From Chrysomallon squamiferum (Eukaryota; Animalia; Mollusca): a stretch of DNA of 64,000 nt. The DNA lies in the NCBI GenBank assembly GCA_012295275.1, contig CM022672.1:13330001-13394000 (forward strand), given 5' to 3'. Under the pieces are notes generated by a model. It made no database searches, was not told where the DNA came from, and saw nothing but the letters and a program-made list of their open reading frames with translations. Position 1 is the stretch's first letter. Each line of letters opens with the position of its first letter. Shown here one piece after another: positions 13,371 through 27,271 of the stretch. The translations under genes were made by a program, and so were the position numbers.

Positions 13371-15010
13371 AAAGAAAAGAAAAGAAAACAGAAAATTTTT
13401 ATCTCAAGCAAACAGTTCCTTTTATAGATCGTAATTATACTATATTTATTAACTGTTTCTGCAACTGAATTATTCCAGAATAACATTTCAAAATTTTACT
13501 TCGTACTCAAATTCTGACATTAACCACGGTCCAGGCTAATACTGAGAAAACAGGATTTTTCTTCTACGATATTAAAACACGCCCGACATTCAAATAATTC
13601 TCACCTGCTTCACCGTCTGGTTGTGACGTGTCTCTTTGATTCCAGAACACACAGTGCAGAGAGAGAGAGACGCTGGTTTTTGTAACTGTTCGTAACAGAT
13701 TTAATAGTCACCACACAGAAATATACCATCAGTAAAAACAAAAAAAAACAAAACAACAACACTACAATAAAATTTAAAAAAAAAAAAAATTAAAGAAAAG
13801 AACAAGAAAAAAAAAAGAAAAATTGAAAAAGAATAAATAAATAAATAAATAAATAAATACCCCCTCCCACAAAAAAACTACAAGAAAAAATAAATAATAA
13901 TAATAATGTTGCGAGAAAGGAAATTAATATCATTCTGTAGACTATTTTTAATTCTCTGACTGGTGATAAAGAGATACAAAAAAATACTCTATCACAGATT
14001 AGTACACAGGAAATACAAAATTATATATTAACCCAGTTGTGATCAACCTATTTATGCAAACTTTTAAGTTATATGTCCAATCGTAACAAAAACTAGATAT
14101 GTAAAATTTTATGATGCATGTTTTATTTTATTGTTTTAAATAAACAAAACTTCGAAATCCGATTTACAATGATCCTCCATGTTTTTTTTTTTTTTTTTTT
14201 TTTGTGACGGTTTATCGTTTCATTGACTGGTACTGCACCACTTGTTTAATTCACCTCGTTCATACTTGTTCGCAGCAAACTGTGGTAAATAGTCTAGTCC
14301 ATGCTAGAGATGACTGCACCACTGCGTTACGTGAGGCGATGCTCAGGAAACAACAGGTTCAGGTCCGCACTGTTTATCGCGACAAACAGCAAAGCTCTTT
14401 TTGCCGTTAATTGGATCTTGTTTTCTGGAATGCAGTACACGTTGTTAATTGTTCACGAATAGTTAGCACCTGAAAGAATGGCACACGAAAACGTCTTCCT
14501 TGTATTTATTAGCTTTGTTTTTCTCTTCCCACTTGTCAGACGAGGTGAACCGAATGATTATGACAGTCTCCGCACGTTAGGAATACTTTTGCATTGTCCG
14601 TGTTAAGCAGGAATTAAGGAATAAATAGCGGAACTGATGGTGTCGCTGTTTACGTATTATCAGAATGTTTCTTAAACTGTTTCCGTATATACCTCCTGAC
14701 CTGAGGAAAAAAGAAAACTCATTATTTAGAATTGAATTCAGTGAAGCTGCGCAGACGTGAACACAAACACACACACTCACACATTCATACACACACATAT
14801 ACACATACATGCATATAAACATATGCAGATACAGACACACACATACACATACACATGCTAAAACACACGCAGGCAAACATACAGATGGAGAAATAAGTAT
14901 ACAGAGACTCACTCAGTTTCTCCGTCTTCGTATGTGTGTCTCTCTACCTCCCAATGCAGAAAATACACGTCTCACGCAAACACAAGTACGGATATAACAA
15001 GGACGATATT

Positions 15011-15101
15011 GCGGCCATTTTTAATCTGCGCTTTTTCAAAATCAGCTTTTACAAGTAGTTAATCTAGTTCGGCATGCGCACTTTGCAGCGGAAGTGCACG
15101 C
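15011..15101 (-). promoter_or_regulatory. Promoter-like module: ETS + NRF1 + downstream YY1, oriented antisense
   Basis: CGGAAGTG at 15089-15096, GCATGCGCA at 15072-15080, and GCGGCCATTTTT at 15011-15022 (AAAAATGGCCGC on minus). Confidence 0.5.
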
Positions 15102-15608
15102 GAGTTATCTGCGTATATCTTGCATGCTATAAACAGATATACTTCCTGTACTTTAACCACGAATCAACTGAAAAATGTTTGTCCCGTTTACGTCTCAAAT
15201 TCATCCCGAAGAAATGAGAGACATTTTAACTTAATCTCCGAAACTACTTTCAGTATTTCCTATGACGTATTATAAACAACAATCCGATTCTTTGAACTAT
15301 TATTATCTTCATTTTTCATTACAGTAGGCATGCGCATGTTTGCGGAAGCCATTTCCTCTTATGTACACTACGATTAGTATTTTGGTTATTATTTATTTTT
15401 GGTGTGATTTGTTGTGGGTAAATTGTGTGCTTGCTTGTAACATTTCCTTGTTAGAAGTTATAATTACCCCTTTTATTATTATTACTATTATTTATGCTTT
15501 TATATGTAGTTTATATTTTTGAGAAGATGTACTGACTACAAAATTATAATTATTTTTATCTGTATTGAACGAAATTTAAATCTATATATGTGTGTTTCTA
15601 TGCATCTT

Positions 15609-16088
15609 TGTATGTATGTATGTATGTATGTATGTATGTATGTATGTATGTATGTATGTATGTATGTATGTATGTATGTATGTATGTATGTATGTATGTA
15701 TGTATGTATGTATGTATGTATGTATGTATGTATGTATGTATGTATGTATGTATGTATGTATGTATGTATGTATGTATGTATGTATGTATGTATGTATGTA
15801 TGTATGTATGTATGTATGTATGTATGTATGTATGTATGTATGTATGTATGTATGTATGTATGTATGTATGTATGTATGTATGTATGTATGTATGTATGTA
15901 TGTATGTATGTATGTATGTATGTATGTATGTATGTATGTATGTATGTATGTATGTATGTATGTTTGTATGTATGTATGTGTGTGTGTGTATGTATGTATG
16001 TATGTATGTATGTATGTTTGTATGTATGTATGTATGTATGTATGTATGTATGTATGTATGTATGTATGTATGTATGTATGTATGTATG

Positions 16089-16118
<30 letters not shown>
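15609..16118. repeat. (TATG)n microsatellite, about 510 bp, nearly pure
   Basis: Direct inspection; it is the source of the spurious YVCM/HTYI ORFs. Confidence 0.99.
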
Positions 16119-16119
<1 letters not shown>

Positions 16120-16377
16120 GGAAGGCAGATAATGAAAACAGCATACAAAATAATAATTCTGAAGAAGAAAAAAATTAAATTTCGAATTCACAGAGGCGGC
16201 ATATTACAAATTATAATCCCTGCTTCTCTTAAACAAAATGTAACTAAAATTTTCTAATTCAGAAATCTCATCTCTATTTACGAGACGAGCACAGAAAACA
16301 TTTCACCAATGAAACCAAAATAGAAATAAAACTCAGCTTGTGTTGGCCACAGGCTTAAAACGTAACCACAGAAAATA

Positions 16378-16622
16378 CTCCGCCTGTCTTGCCCGCCCAG
16401 ACGTTGGATCCAGCCCAAGTCTTTCATTCAGTTAATGGTTCTGTGAAAACTGAGCTCGGTGCTTTGTCCACGCGTACAAACAGACTGTTTGCAGGTGAAG
16501 TTCAAGTGTGTGCCAAAATCAACCGACACATCTAGCCAATCGTCGTCATCTCAAACGAAAAAAAAACAACCTCCATAACTGCCGGAAACGCCCATGCGCA
16601 TGTAACAGTATGCACTTCCGAC
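16378..16622. promoter_or_regulatory. Promoter-like module: GC boxes, CCAAT, NRF1, ETS
   Basis: CTCCGCCT and GCCCGCCC near 16378-16398, AGCCAATC near 16534, then CCGGAAA, CATGCGCATG and CACTTCCG within 16582-16620. Confidence 0.45.
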
Positions 16623-17797
16623 AGCTAACCGGACCGTCGCCCAGGATAGAATGACTGTGCAGTTTTGCTGGCAGAAAGTTTGCGTTTTGCATATTTGGTT
16701 TGTTACTTGAGAAATGCTTGTGTTTAGTGGGGTTTTTTGGATTAAGAAAAAAATTCCACTCGTTTACACTGAATGAAAGAAAAACATTAACTTCGGGTTG
16801 GGGTGAAATAGGGATGTCGTTTTAAGGGTGGTTCAGAATCTGGAGAATTTTCTAACGCTACACAGGAAGTATACTTTCTCATTACTCAACTCCACAACCC
16901 ACTGATAAAACCATACCAAACAAAAGTCCTCTTAAAAAATATTGGGCAAAACCCCACAATTCCACACACCAATCTTTTTGACAGTATGAAAATGAAACAT
17001 CAAGTCATTGAGAACAAACTTTAAGCCTGGGAAAACTATGTCTTATTTTAGAACTAAACACAGCTAACAGAAAATAAAATGGACGGTAATTCGAAACGTC
17101 ATCAATACAAACGTCATCATCATAGTCAGCAATGTCAACAACAACAGATGTGAAAGTATTAAAAACAATAATACTGTGTGGCAATGTTTTCTCTGAGTTG
17201 TACTGTCGTTGTACTGGTGCCTCTCATTTTAATTTACAAAATACACCTGTTTTGGTCACATTACGTTTCCGTTTTAATTGAAAAGATCAAGTAAAGTTCA
17301 ATGGTGTAGAAAAACAATACAGAGAACGTTGGAGTGTGCTGTCTATAATTTCATACACAGGCCCCTCTTGCTTTTATACCCAATTCAATTCAATTTTTTT
17401 ATTATTTTTTTTAAAATTTGTTGTTGATGATAATGATTACAACAACAATAATTTGAATGTTAAAAAAAAGTATAAATATATTTTTTAATAACAACACACA
17501 ACAGGAACAGACAAACAAAACTATGCTAATCAGACAGATGTACGTAACAATATAAACCTAGTTCTAATTTAACAAAGAAACAGTTGACTTTCAGAAAAGA
17601 TTAAAATTACGGCTGTTTCTGACATCTGATAGAAAGCCAGAAAGATAAACATCTTTTGATGATATTATCTCATCTACATGTTATGAATACGATCTCTATA
17701 GCTGTCGTAATTTTGTTCTTTCTAGTTCTGGATTCTTAATATAAACGAATCCTAATATCGCAGTTTACAAAATAATAAAATGTAATTGCAAGCTCCG

Positions 17798-18160
17798 TTT
17801 GGTGTGTTTCTTTTTAAATTTATTTGACATCAAACTTTGATAATTATATAACAGAGCGGACAGAGGGGTCCCGTTCATTTTTTTCTTTCAGGCGTAATGC
17901 TAGATCTTTATTATGCGTCATCCCATTATATGAAAACTTGTGCCACTTTCTTTGAGTTTGGTGTTTCTTTTTAAATTTAATGGACATCAAACTTTGATAA
18001 TTATATAACACAGACAACAGAGGTCCCATTCATTTTTTTCTATGTGTAGTAGTACCAGATCTTTATTATGCATCATCCCATATATGAAAAACTGTATCAC
18101 GTTCTTTTATTTAGCAGTGACTCGCACTGGCTGGCAAGAGAAACAGTCCAAAGGTCCTTC
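17798..18160 (-). mobile_element. Decayed Meta/MESC-type SINE remnant with internal about 158-bp tandem duplication
   Basis: Two diverged copies (17798-17950 and 17957-18104) of GACATCAAACTTTGATAATTATATAACA...AGATCTTTATTATGCRTCATCCCA, followed by GCACTGGCTGGCAAGAGAAACAGTCCAA. This resembles the reverse strand of the molluscan SINE core as I recall it. Confidence 0.55.
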
Positions 18161-19531
18161 AACATGTTTCATCTTTTACGATGGCAAAGGTCCTTCAAAA
18201 AATAAATGGTTTTAAAATTTTAAAAATAAAAAATAATTTAATATGTAAACAGACAAAACCCAGAAAGAGTACCATAATACAAAAATAAAAAAAAATAATA
18301 ATCAAAGAAAAACCCAGACGAAACACACAACAAAAATCTTCCACCTAAATATATATATATAAGAGAAAAAAGAAAAAGAAGTAGTAATTAGTATCTTAAA
18401 TAAAAGTCATAGACAAAAATATTTTGAAAAAGAAACACAAAAATACACAAACTTTAAATCCTGAAAGAAAAACAACAACAACATCCAATAAAAGGAAAAC
18501 AACATCAGGAAAAAAAAAAAGATAAAAACTAAACAACTCGGGTTTTTTTAAAGAGAAAATTCCTAGTAATCGTTTAAAGAAATTTCAACACCTGAGTTAA
18601 GTTAAGAAATCACAGTTTGTTTAAAGTGTCACATTACGTACGTTGAAAAACGCTTCGGCGTTTAAAACGAGGCGTTAAAAGAGAAGGCCACGGTGTATCA
18701 GGTGAAAATTAGGTGTCAAATCCGAAGGTCCCTCTATGCCCCGTTGGCTTATTTGTGTGTGTTTTCATACCACGTGTTCTCTACCACTGGGTTACCCAAG
18801 ACTTGAAAACAGACACAAAGGTTTTTAAAAACAGACATAACTCACAAGACAGGACCATACCAAAAAAAAAAAAAAAAAAAAAAAAAAAATTAAAAAAGAA
18901 GTATTCACGAAGCTTTTTTCTTTTTTTCTGTAAAGTATACAGTCGGTTTCAAAGATACTTTACGAGGCATTTTTGTCTGTGTAAAGATTAGAGTCTGTTT
19001 CAAGGTGATTTGGTTTACGATTGTATAAAATATATTTATGGGTTTATTGTATGCGTGTTACCTGAGCAAGGTTTAAATATTTGTGTTTGCTGGAAACATT
19101 ATTTTAAGAAATCTACTTTATGGTTTCACAGCTTACCGTTTTGTTATATATCGATATGTACATCTATGTCAAATTACGTATATTTTTGTGTATGTAAGTA
19201 TGTGTGTATTTATATCTGTCTGTCTGTCTGTCTGTGTATGTGTGAATACATGCGTGCATGTATATATGTATGCATGTATGTTTGTTTTTATTTTATGTTT
19301 TATGTCTGCCTGCCTATCTGTATGTATAATGTATATGCCCCCGACATATAAACCCGCACAAACACGCACAAACACACACAAACACACACGTATTTTATGC
19401 ATACCCATCAAAATCTTGTTCTATTTTATTTTACTCTTTCATTATCTATTGAGGTATTATAAAGTTCAAGAAAAAAACAAAATAATTTATTAAGTATAAT
19501 TATAATTCCATAAATGAACTTTATGTGTAGT

Positions 19532-19915
19532 TTTCAAAACAGCTGCATTAAAGCCACAGTGAAGATCAGACTGACACTGTTGTCTCATCACCGAACTTAA
19601 AATCTCCTTGACTTCATCGATTACACGTCTGTCTTCATTTTTCTGTTTTTAACGAAGTTGACTTCATCGATTACACGTCTGTCTTCATTTTTCTGTTTTT
19701 AACGAAGTTGACTGTTCAATTAAACTAGAATTAGCAGAATTCTCAAACTGTTTCTTCATCAGACATCTTTGTTTATCTTCTTCATGGACGTGCACGTAGT
19801 TTAAAGATGATGATCGAATTAAACATTGATCAGAACCCAGGATCGATCCCGGATCCGTCCACGCCTCAGTAAACAAGACAGCAGTTTACTGTCAGACAGG
19901 TGTGAATAATTATTA
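19532..19915 (-). repeat. Left arm of long-range inverted repeat (partner 33294-33677); contains an internal 51-bp tandem duplication
   Basis: Reverse complement matches 33294-33677 with about 8 mismatches counted by eye. The ORF track shows near-identical peptides on opposite strands. Confidence 0.95.
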
Positions 19916-22181
19916 GTGAAATTACGTCATTGTTTCATGAAGACGTTTAACAAAAAAGAGAAATGAAATTCGGCGAAGGACAAGAAATATTTAATTATAG
20001 ATTTTATGCCAGAAATGGAGTTAATTTATTTAAAGTAAGAGAGAAGGAATAAAATATTTACAAATGGAAAATATAATGCTGTACTCATCATTCAGTTTAT
20101 GTGTGCGTACATGATTACGTGGTATATGTGAAATTTCTTTTTTTATGTAATCTATTTGTTTGGATGCATGAATGTCTTTGTCTATAAATATAAATTACAA
20201 GTATCAAAATAGGTTGTTCATCACTTTACCTACCTATGAATTTTATATATATTTGTTTGTTTGGATTATATCTATTTATTATCTATATATCTATCTATCT
20301 TTATTTGGATCTATCTATCTATCTATCTATCTATCTATATATATATATATATATTCATAGGTAGATAAAGTGATAAACAACATATTTTGATATTTGTAAT
20401 TTATATTTATACACAAAGACATTCATGAATCCAAAAAAAATATTAATATAAAAACGAATATATATATATATACTGAGTTCCATTGTAATTTCAAATATTA
20501 CATTTTCATACAAATACATCTTTACATCACTGTTGCAACACATCAACGTTTGAGCACAAGATTCAGGAGTTGTGTAATTTGAACAAGAAACTCTTATAAA
20601 TCAAAGACTTACAGATATTAGATATATCCATCGTACACCTCACTAAATACAGCCAGTACAGGGATCTGATCCTTGAATATGACTGACTGAATTAGAAATA
20701 CTGGTAAGGTGCAAACAGAAATGTTGTTACTATGTATGGTTTAAAATATTCTAGCTTAAATATACAGACTTAACAAATTTGGGATATCTGTGGCACGTGT
20801 GTGTGTGTGTGTGTGTGTGTGTTTGTGTGTTTTGTATATGTATGTATGTATCCATGTATTTTAATGTCACTTTATTTACATCTGTTTGTATGTTTAATCA
20901 ATGATTATTAGGAGTTACTGTTTTGATTTCCGGCATCTATTATAATTCTTAGTCGTAGATGAAAAAGCTCATGTTTTTTTTTCGTTCACTTGTTCTAACT
21001 GAAGAAAAAACTCATGTTTTCAGAGCTGGGTTTGTTTATTTATTTTGACTGAGTAATTTAAGGCCACTGAAGACGATACTGAATGAATGTTTAGTGTCTC
21101 TGTTATTCGTGATTTTTCTGTGACAAGAGTGGGCAGTCAAAGAGATATTAATTTGTATAAATTGTTGAATTATTCTATTAGAATCATATTTTATTTTTAA
21201 CAGATAAATAATTTTATGGAAAAACTGCTATAACACCGCCATCCCCAAAAACCCACAACAAACAAACAAGTAAACAAAAAAACAAAAACAAAAAAACAAC
21301 AAAAAACAATAACAACAACAACAAAAACACACCATATAATTCCCATCAAATGGAGCAAGTAAGTAAATTATCAAATTACATCAGCGGTAATCATTTTTAT
21401 TTTATCTTTGTCAAAGATTGTTTCCTTTTCAAACATTTAAATAATTTCTTGTTGAATGACTATGTATAGCACATTTAGTATTACAAAATTAATTTCTCAT
21501 GGAATTGAAAGGATCTTAATTTTTACACTAAAAAATTACAATAATTTCAGGGACATATTTTAACAAACGATATTGTCATCTTATTTCATAATAAATAAAT
21601 CAATAAATCGATATCAGCGTTAAAGTCTGAAACCCAGTCTTTCTAAAATGTAGAAGGCGATAAAAAAACCAGTTAGAAATCTCTTGCTAAAAAAAAATAA
21701 ATAAAAAAAATGCTTGGAACAATTTTAAAATTTTAAAATTTTTATTATTACACTTCCAAAGAAGAAGACAAATTATCAGTTGTTTTCCCTTTTGTGTGAC
21801 GTCACGAAACTGAAGAAGAAGAATTTTAAGGTTTGACATTTCGGCTGTTACTGTCGCCGGAGGGTGACGGAAAAAGAACGAATCAACATTATTGAGGTGT
21901 CGCGTGCGAGAAGTGAGTGTGTGTGTGTGTGTGGGGGAATAATTGAAAGAATGAAACAGGAAAACAGAAGTGTTGAACTTTTCCCATTGTTATACCCTTG
22001 TTGTATGTGACAGGAGATTTCAGGAATGAAACTTTGTGTGAGTTTTGTTTTAAACGAAAAGAGGAAGTGTCTGACACAAGCAAGTTACAAGCTTCTGTGT
22101 CACTTCCGGTATAGTTAAATGAGACTGAATTTAAGAGACCAGAAGAGATAGAAACATAGATAGATAGGCAGATAGATAGAG

Positions 22182-22254
<73 letters not shown>

Positions 22255-24850
22255 AAATGTGAGCGAGAGAAAGAAGAGAATAACAGTAAAGAAGAGACGA
22301 ATGAGAAAAAAAAAAGAGATAAATAAAAATTCAGACTGAGATCAAGCATTTTATAAACGAAATTTTACTTTCATTTATTGAAAACTGGACTGCAGAACAT
22401 TTTTAAAACCTTTGGTTTAATAACAGTATATCAGGACACAGTTTATTATTCTGTTTTTAAATATATATTATTACATATTTAATCAGAAGCTAATCATTTC
22501 ACTTTTTTCAACCTATTCTCTATTTACATCCGCATACTTAAGTCAAATAATTACACTGGCAAAACATGACATTTAAACACTTTAATCGTTTTACACATGA
22601 ACCATTAATAACTAGACGTAAATCTAACTTTCTCAAGTGTTATGTTCGTCTTGTGAAACGAACATAAAACGAAATCGAATTTTTCTTTACCAGGAAATGG
22701 GTCGTAGAAAGAGTTTCTAAACCCGACTAATGCTTCGAACAGAGTGCACATTGAGTAAACAATAGTTCATGTGAACCCGACTAATTTTCAACAGAAACCA
22801 AGGAGAGAAAGATTACGCCTAAAGTAAACAATATATCGTATTAAACAGAGATTTAAAGTGAACAAAAAAAAAAAAAATAAATAATCCCACACACACACAC
22901 ATATGGATAAGTAGAATGTTGACGTGGTTTTAAGAAACTGTAAGTAAAAAGCTGTCACGGTTTTAAAAGATTGTAAAATATACATCCTTTTGGCGTTAAT
23001 GTTTTAAGCCGGAGTTTTTTTCTCGCTTGTTGGTTTTTAGGGTGATACTTCAACTGTGTTTTCTTCTTCTTCTTTTTTAATTACTTATTTTCAGTAGCTT
23101 AAAGTGGCTTTTGTATTAGGAATAAGTAAATATTTTAGACACTGTCACTTCAGGGCAAACAATAAAAGTCACACATTTTAATAACTCCTTAAGGTATATA
23201 ACAATAATAAAAACGGTAATGATGATGATGAAAACAACAACAACAGTAAAATGGTAATACAAATTATTACTATGAATCGTTTGTTTCCAGTATAATACAA
23301 AAGATTGACAGATTTCACATTTATATATATATAATAACAGCAACAACCCTCATTTTAATTTCCACTGAACAATCAGTAAGTAAAGGTGAGTGATATTTGA
23401 TAAATATCAATTTCTTTTTTAAAACTTGGAAGATTAAGGCTGTTTTAATAATAATCAGGCGTTTATATTGCTTTCGTTTTTTCTCAGTAGTGCATTTCTT
23501 ACGCTTGAAGTCGAACTACTTCTTGTATCCACAATATTTTACACATTTTTTTTTTTTTAAACATGCAGTATGGCTTCAACTACTGTACTCAAACTGTAGA
23601 TGCAGTAACAAATCTAATAATGAACTTGGTAATCAGGCCCTGTATGATACTGGCAAATATATTTATAAATTGTAGTTTGAAATATACATAGAGTAGAGTG
23701 CAGCTTATGAATCTTTGCTATTTTTTAGATTGTCGTTTAGCCTGAAAGTGAAACATTTGGATTAATATTCTTTACAAAAGACTCATAATAGACATACGAA
23801 CGCTACCTTCATTTATTTATTTATTTATTTTTATGCTGCACTTGTAAAACAGACCAAGCATCTACACAGACCAAGCGACCGGTTTGATATAACATACTAT
23901 AACATACTTATTATAATTATTTTTATTTATTTACATTCTTAACAAACATGTTGCCCTTGTGAGGATAAAAACGCCTTAACCGTCAACTTAAAGTATTAAC
24001 TGCGTTTGGCTTGTTATCCCACAAAGGTGTTGCCATCTCGCCTTTGTGTTCGGTCCGTGTTTTTGCTGCGGTCAGGAGATTAGTGAAGGCACGCGGGTAG
24101 CGTTAGCTTTTAAACCGAGGCTAGAAGATCAGAGACCAGTCTACTGCACTGATAATCGGGATAATTCTAAGAGCAAACAGAACTGTGACGATGACACAAT
24201 GAGAGATAACTCTTAACAAATGAGGTTTACTGTTATTGTTTGCGGAGGAAAAACAGAATGTTGTTTAGTTAATAGCAGCAAGGTCGTTTAATTTAAAACC
24301 GTTTGGTATCTGTTTGACCAGGCAGACTTAGATATGTATACAAACTTCTTTTTTTTTAAATTAAAAATTTCTAGATATTTTATTTATGTTTTCAAAAGCT
24401 CTTATAGCTTACCTATACATACAAATATATAATTATAATACTAACTCTCCCAACACCCAAACAGCCATACATACATACATACACACATACATACATACAT
24501 ACATACATACATACATACATACATACATACATACATACATGCATACACGCACGAAACAAAAACAATAATGTCAACAGAAAAAGATAGGATAAATAAGTCC
24601 AAAGAAAATTGAAAATACATAATATAATAACAACAACAACAACAAGAGAGAGAAATAATAAATGTAACTGCAACAGCAACATCATGAAAACAAACAACAT
24701 CATACCCCATTCTGTATTGTATTTGAAACTAATTATACATATATTTTCAGGTTTAAACGTTATTTGCTAGAAACATATAATGTATTGTATCTCTGCACAG
24801 ATTCATATAACAACATAGCAAATTTATTTGTCATGCCAATGAGATTCAGA

Positions 24851-24933
<83 letters not shown>

Positions 24934-25618
24934 GAAAACGGATTGGCAAATAACAAAAATACAGTAAAAACCAAAAATAATAAGTATATATAAAAATTTA
25001 ATCAAAATGGGTGTAAAATGTAAAACAGATTTAAAAAAGAAAAAAGACATAAACAAAAACAAACCAAAAAACAACAAAACACAATAAGAACATACAAGAA
25101 CCGAAACCCCTAAACTACAAAACAAAACGAATAATAAATAAAGCATTTAAAACAAACAAACAGTAACAACAACACAAAACGAACAAACGAACTAAAAACT
25201 AATAACAGAAAAAAAAGCCTCAGACAAACACAGAAAAGACAAGAAGACTAAGCGAGACTCTGCTTCTTGTTGCTGTTTTAAGTTTACGTTTGCCGAGTGA
25301 GTTTCTCTCTTTCCACTGACAACACAAAACTTCGCGAAATCAGCGTCTGCCAATTTCCGCATTCCGACTGACGTGAAATTTGGCACAATGCGTGAACAAA
25401 CTAGCTGAAATTTGGCACAATGCGTGAGCAAACGTCTCACGTCGTCATGCCGTTGCTGCGGTGGCTGTGAGGGAGTGACAAGTCACGTCTTGCTGTTTTA
25501 CAGATGAAATGTCTTGGTTCATTTACACAGTCTGTGTCTGAGAGAGGTGCAGGTAGTGCACAGATACTGGAAACTATAGATTAATCTCAGATTAATTAAA
25601 TTTTATTTTTGTTATTGA

Positions 25619-25664
<46 letters not shown>

Positions 25665-26048
25665 GTTGTTGTTGTTGTTGTTGTTATTGTTGTTGTTGTT
25701 GATATTGTTATTTTAAATACACTAATTGTGACGTTGTAAGTGGTCCTTGTTGTTATAGTCGTCATCATTCTCATCACTTGGTCATCGTCATCATCACCGT
25801 TGATGTCGTTATCATCATTACTCTTGTTGTTATTAATAGAGTGCAGTGGTAATGGTAGTAACATTTCTGGTTGTCGTAACAGCAGCAGTACTTGTACATT
25901 TGCGGATATAAAAATCTCAAAATCTCAAGTTAAATAAATAATTAATAAATAAAATGAAATAAAATAAAATAAAAATAATTTTAAAAAATCTCCACAAAGT
26001 AAGTCTTCTAAGTTGTAGTTATAACGAAGGTTTTTTCTTTCTTTACCT

Positions 26049-26101
<53 letters not shown>

Positions 26102-26819
26102 ATAATAATAATAATAATTATTATTATTATTATTATTATATTACTGTTTGTAATACTATAACTTGCAACTTGAAGTTATTGTTTTATAGCTTTGAAATTT
26201 CAAACTCTTTTGTATGGCTCTGATCCACTGCTTTGTAGACATACTGATAAATGCACACACGCATAGACACACTTACACATCCATACAAAGATAACACTTT
26301 ATTTTTTTAGATGTACACGCGCCCACAAACATTTTTATGAAACACGTTATAATATAACGAACTGAAACAAATTATATTTTCTTCAGCTATGACCCTCTTC
26401 CGGTGTAATACTATAAAAATTGTGTGTCGTCTAATGAAATGATTTATATATAGTTATTATCTTGCTCACAGTATTTACCGTGTCTTGATACTACTACTAC
26501 TACTACTACTAATAATAATAATAATAGTAAAAATGATGATAATGGTGATGATGATGATGAAATGATAGTAGTAGTAGTAGTAGTAACAAGAGCAGCAACA
26601 ACAACAGCAAAAATAATAAAACTGATAGTAGTAGTCTTAGTCGCAGTAACAACTTCAGCAGCAATATAATAAAAAGAAAACAAATGCTAGAGCAAATAAT
26701 TACGAATTCGTTCACTCCTAAAGTAACTCCTTTTGTTCTATGCAAACGATCCTCGCGGAACTTTGAAGGTACCTCATACAAAATAGATACAGGTTTGTAA
26801 AATCAGTATAATTACCTGT

Positions 26820-26922
<103 letters not shown>

Positions 26923-26946
26923 ATGTTAAACATATGCACATATATG

Positions 26947-26971
26947 TGACGTCAACAATAAGTTGACGTCA
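26947..26971. promoter_or_regulatory. Double CRE: TGACGTCA-N9-TGACGTCA
   Basis: TGACGTCA ACAATAAGT TGACGTCA. Confidence 0.5.
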
Positions 26972-27081
26972 TAATACTACTTATCAGCAACTCCAGTCGT
27001 CTTGTTGAAAGCAATGGTTGGCATTTGAAAAGGCAGGACATTTTTATTTTTCCTTCTTTGATTTGTTTCTCCAGAAAGATA

Positions 27082-27127
<46 letters not shown>

Positions 27128-27225
27128 GCAATTTGTTTTAAAAACAGTAGTACTGTATGTTTTCTCTCTCTTCCGTTAAAATAAAGACAAACAAAATCAC
27201 ACCTATGTATGTCTTCGTATGTGTG

Positions 27226-27229
<4 letters not shown>

Positions 27230-27271
<42 letters not shown>

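Noticed and set aside
15519-16191. Long ORFs in all six frames (YVCM/HTYI repeats)
   Set aside because: They are translations of the (TATG)n microsatellite. The same applies to 27209-28235 and 50497-50782.
25504-25552. Candidate cassette exon (TTTTACAG|...GCAG|GTAGTG) in intron 1
   Set aside because: It is 49 nt, breaks the frame, and has an in-frame TGA in phase 1.
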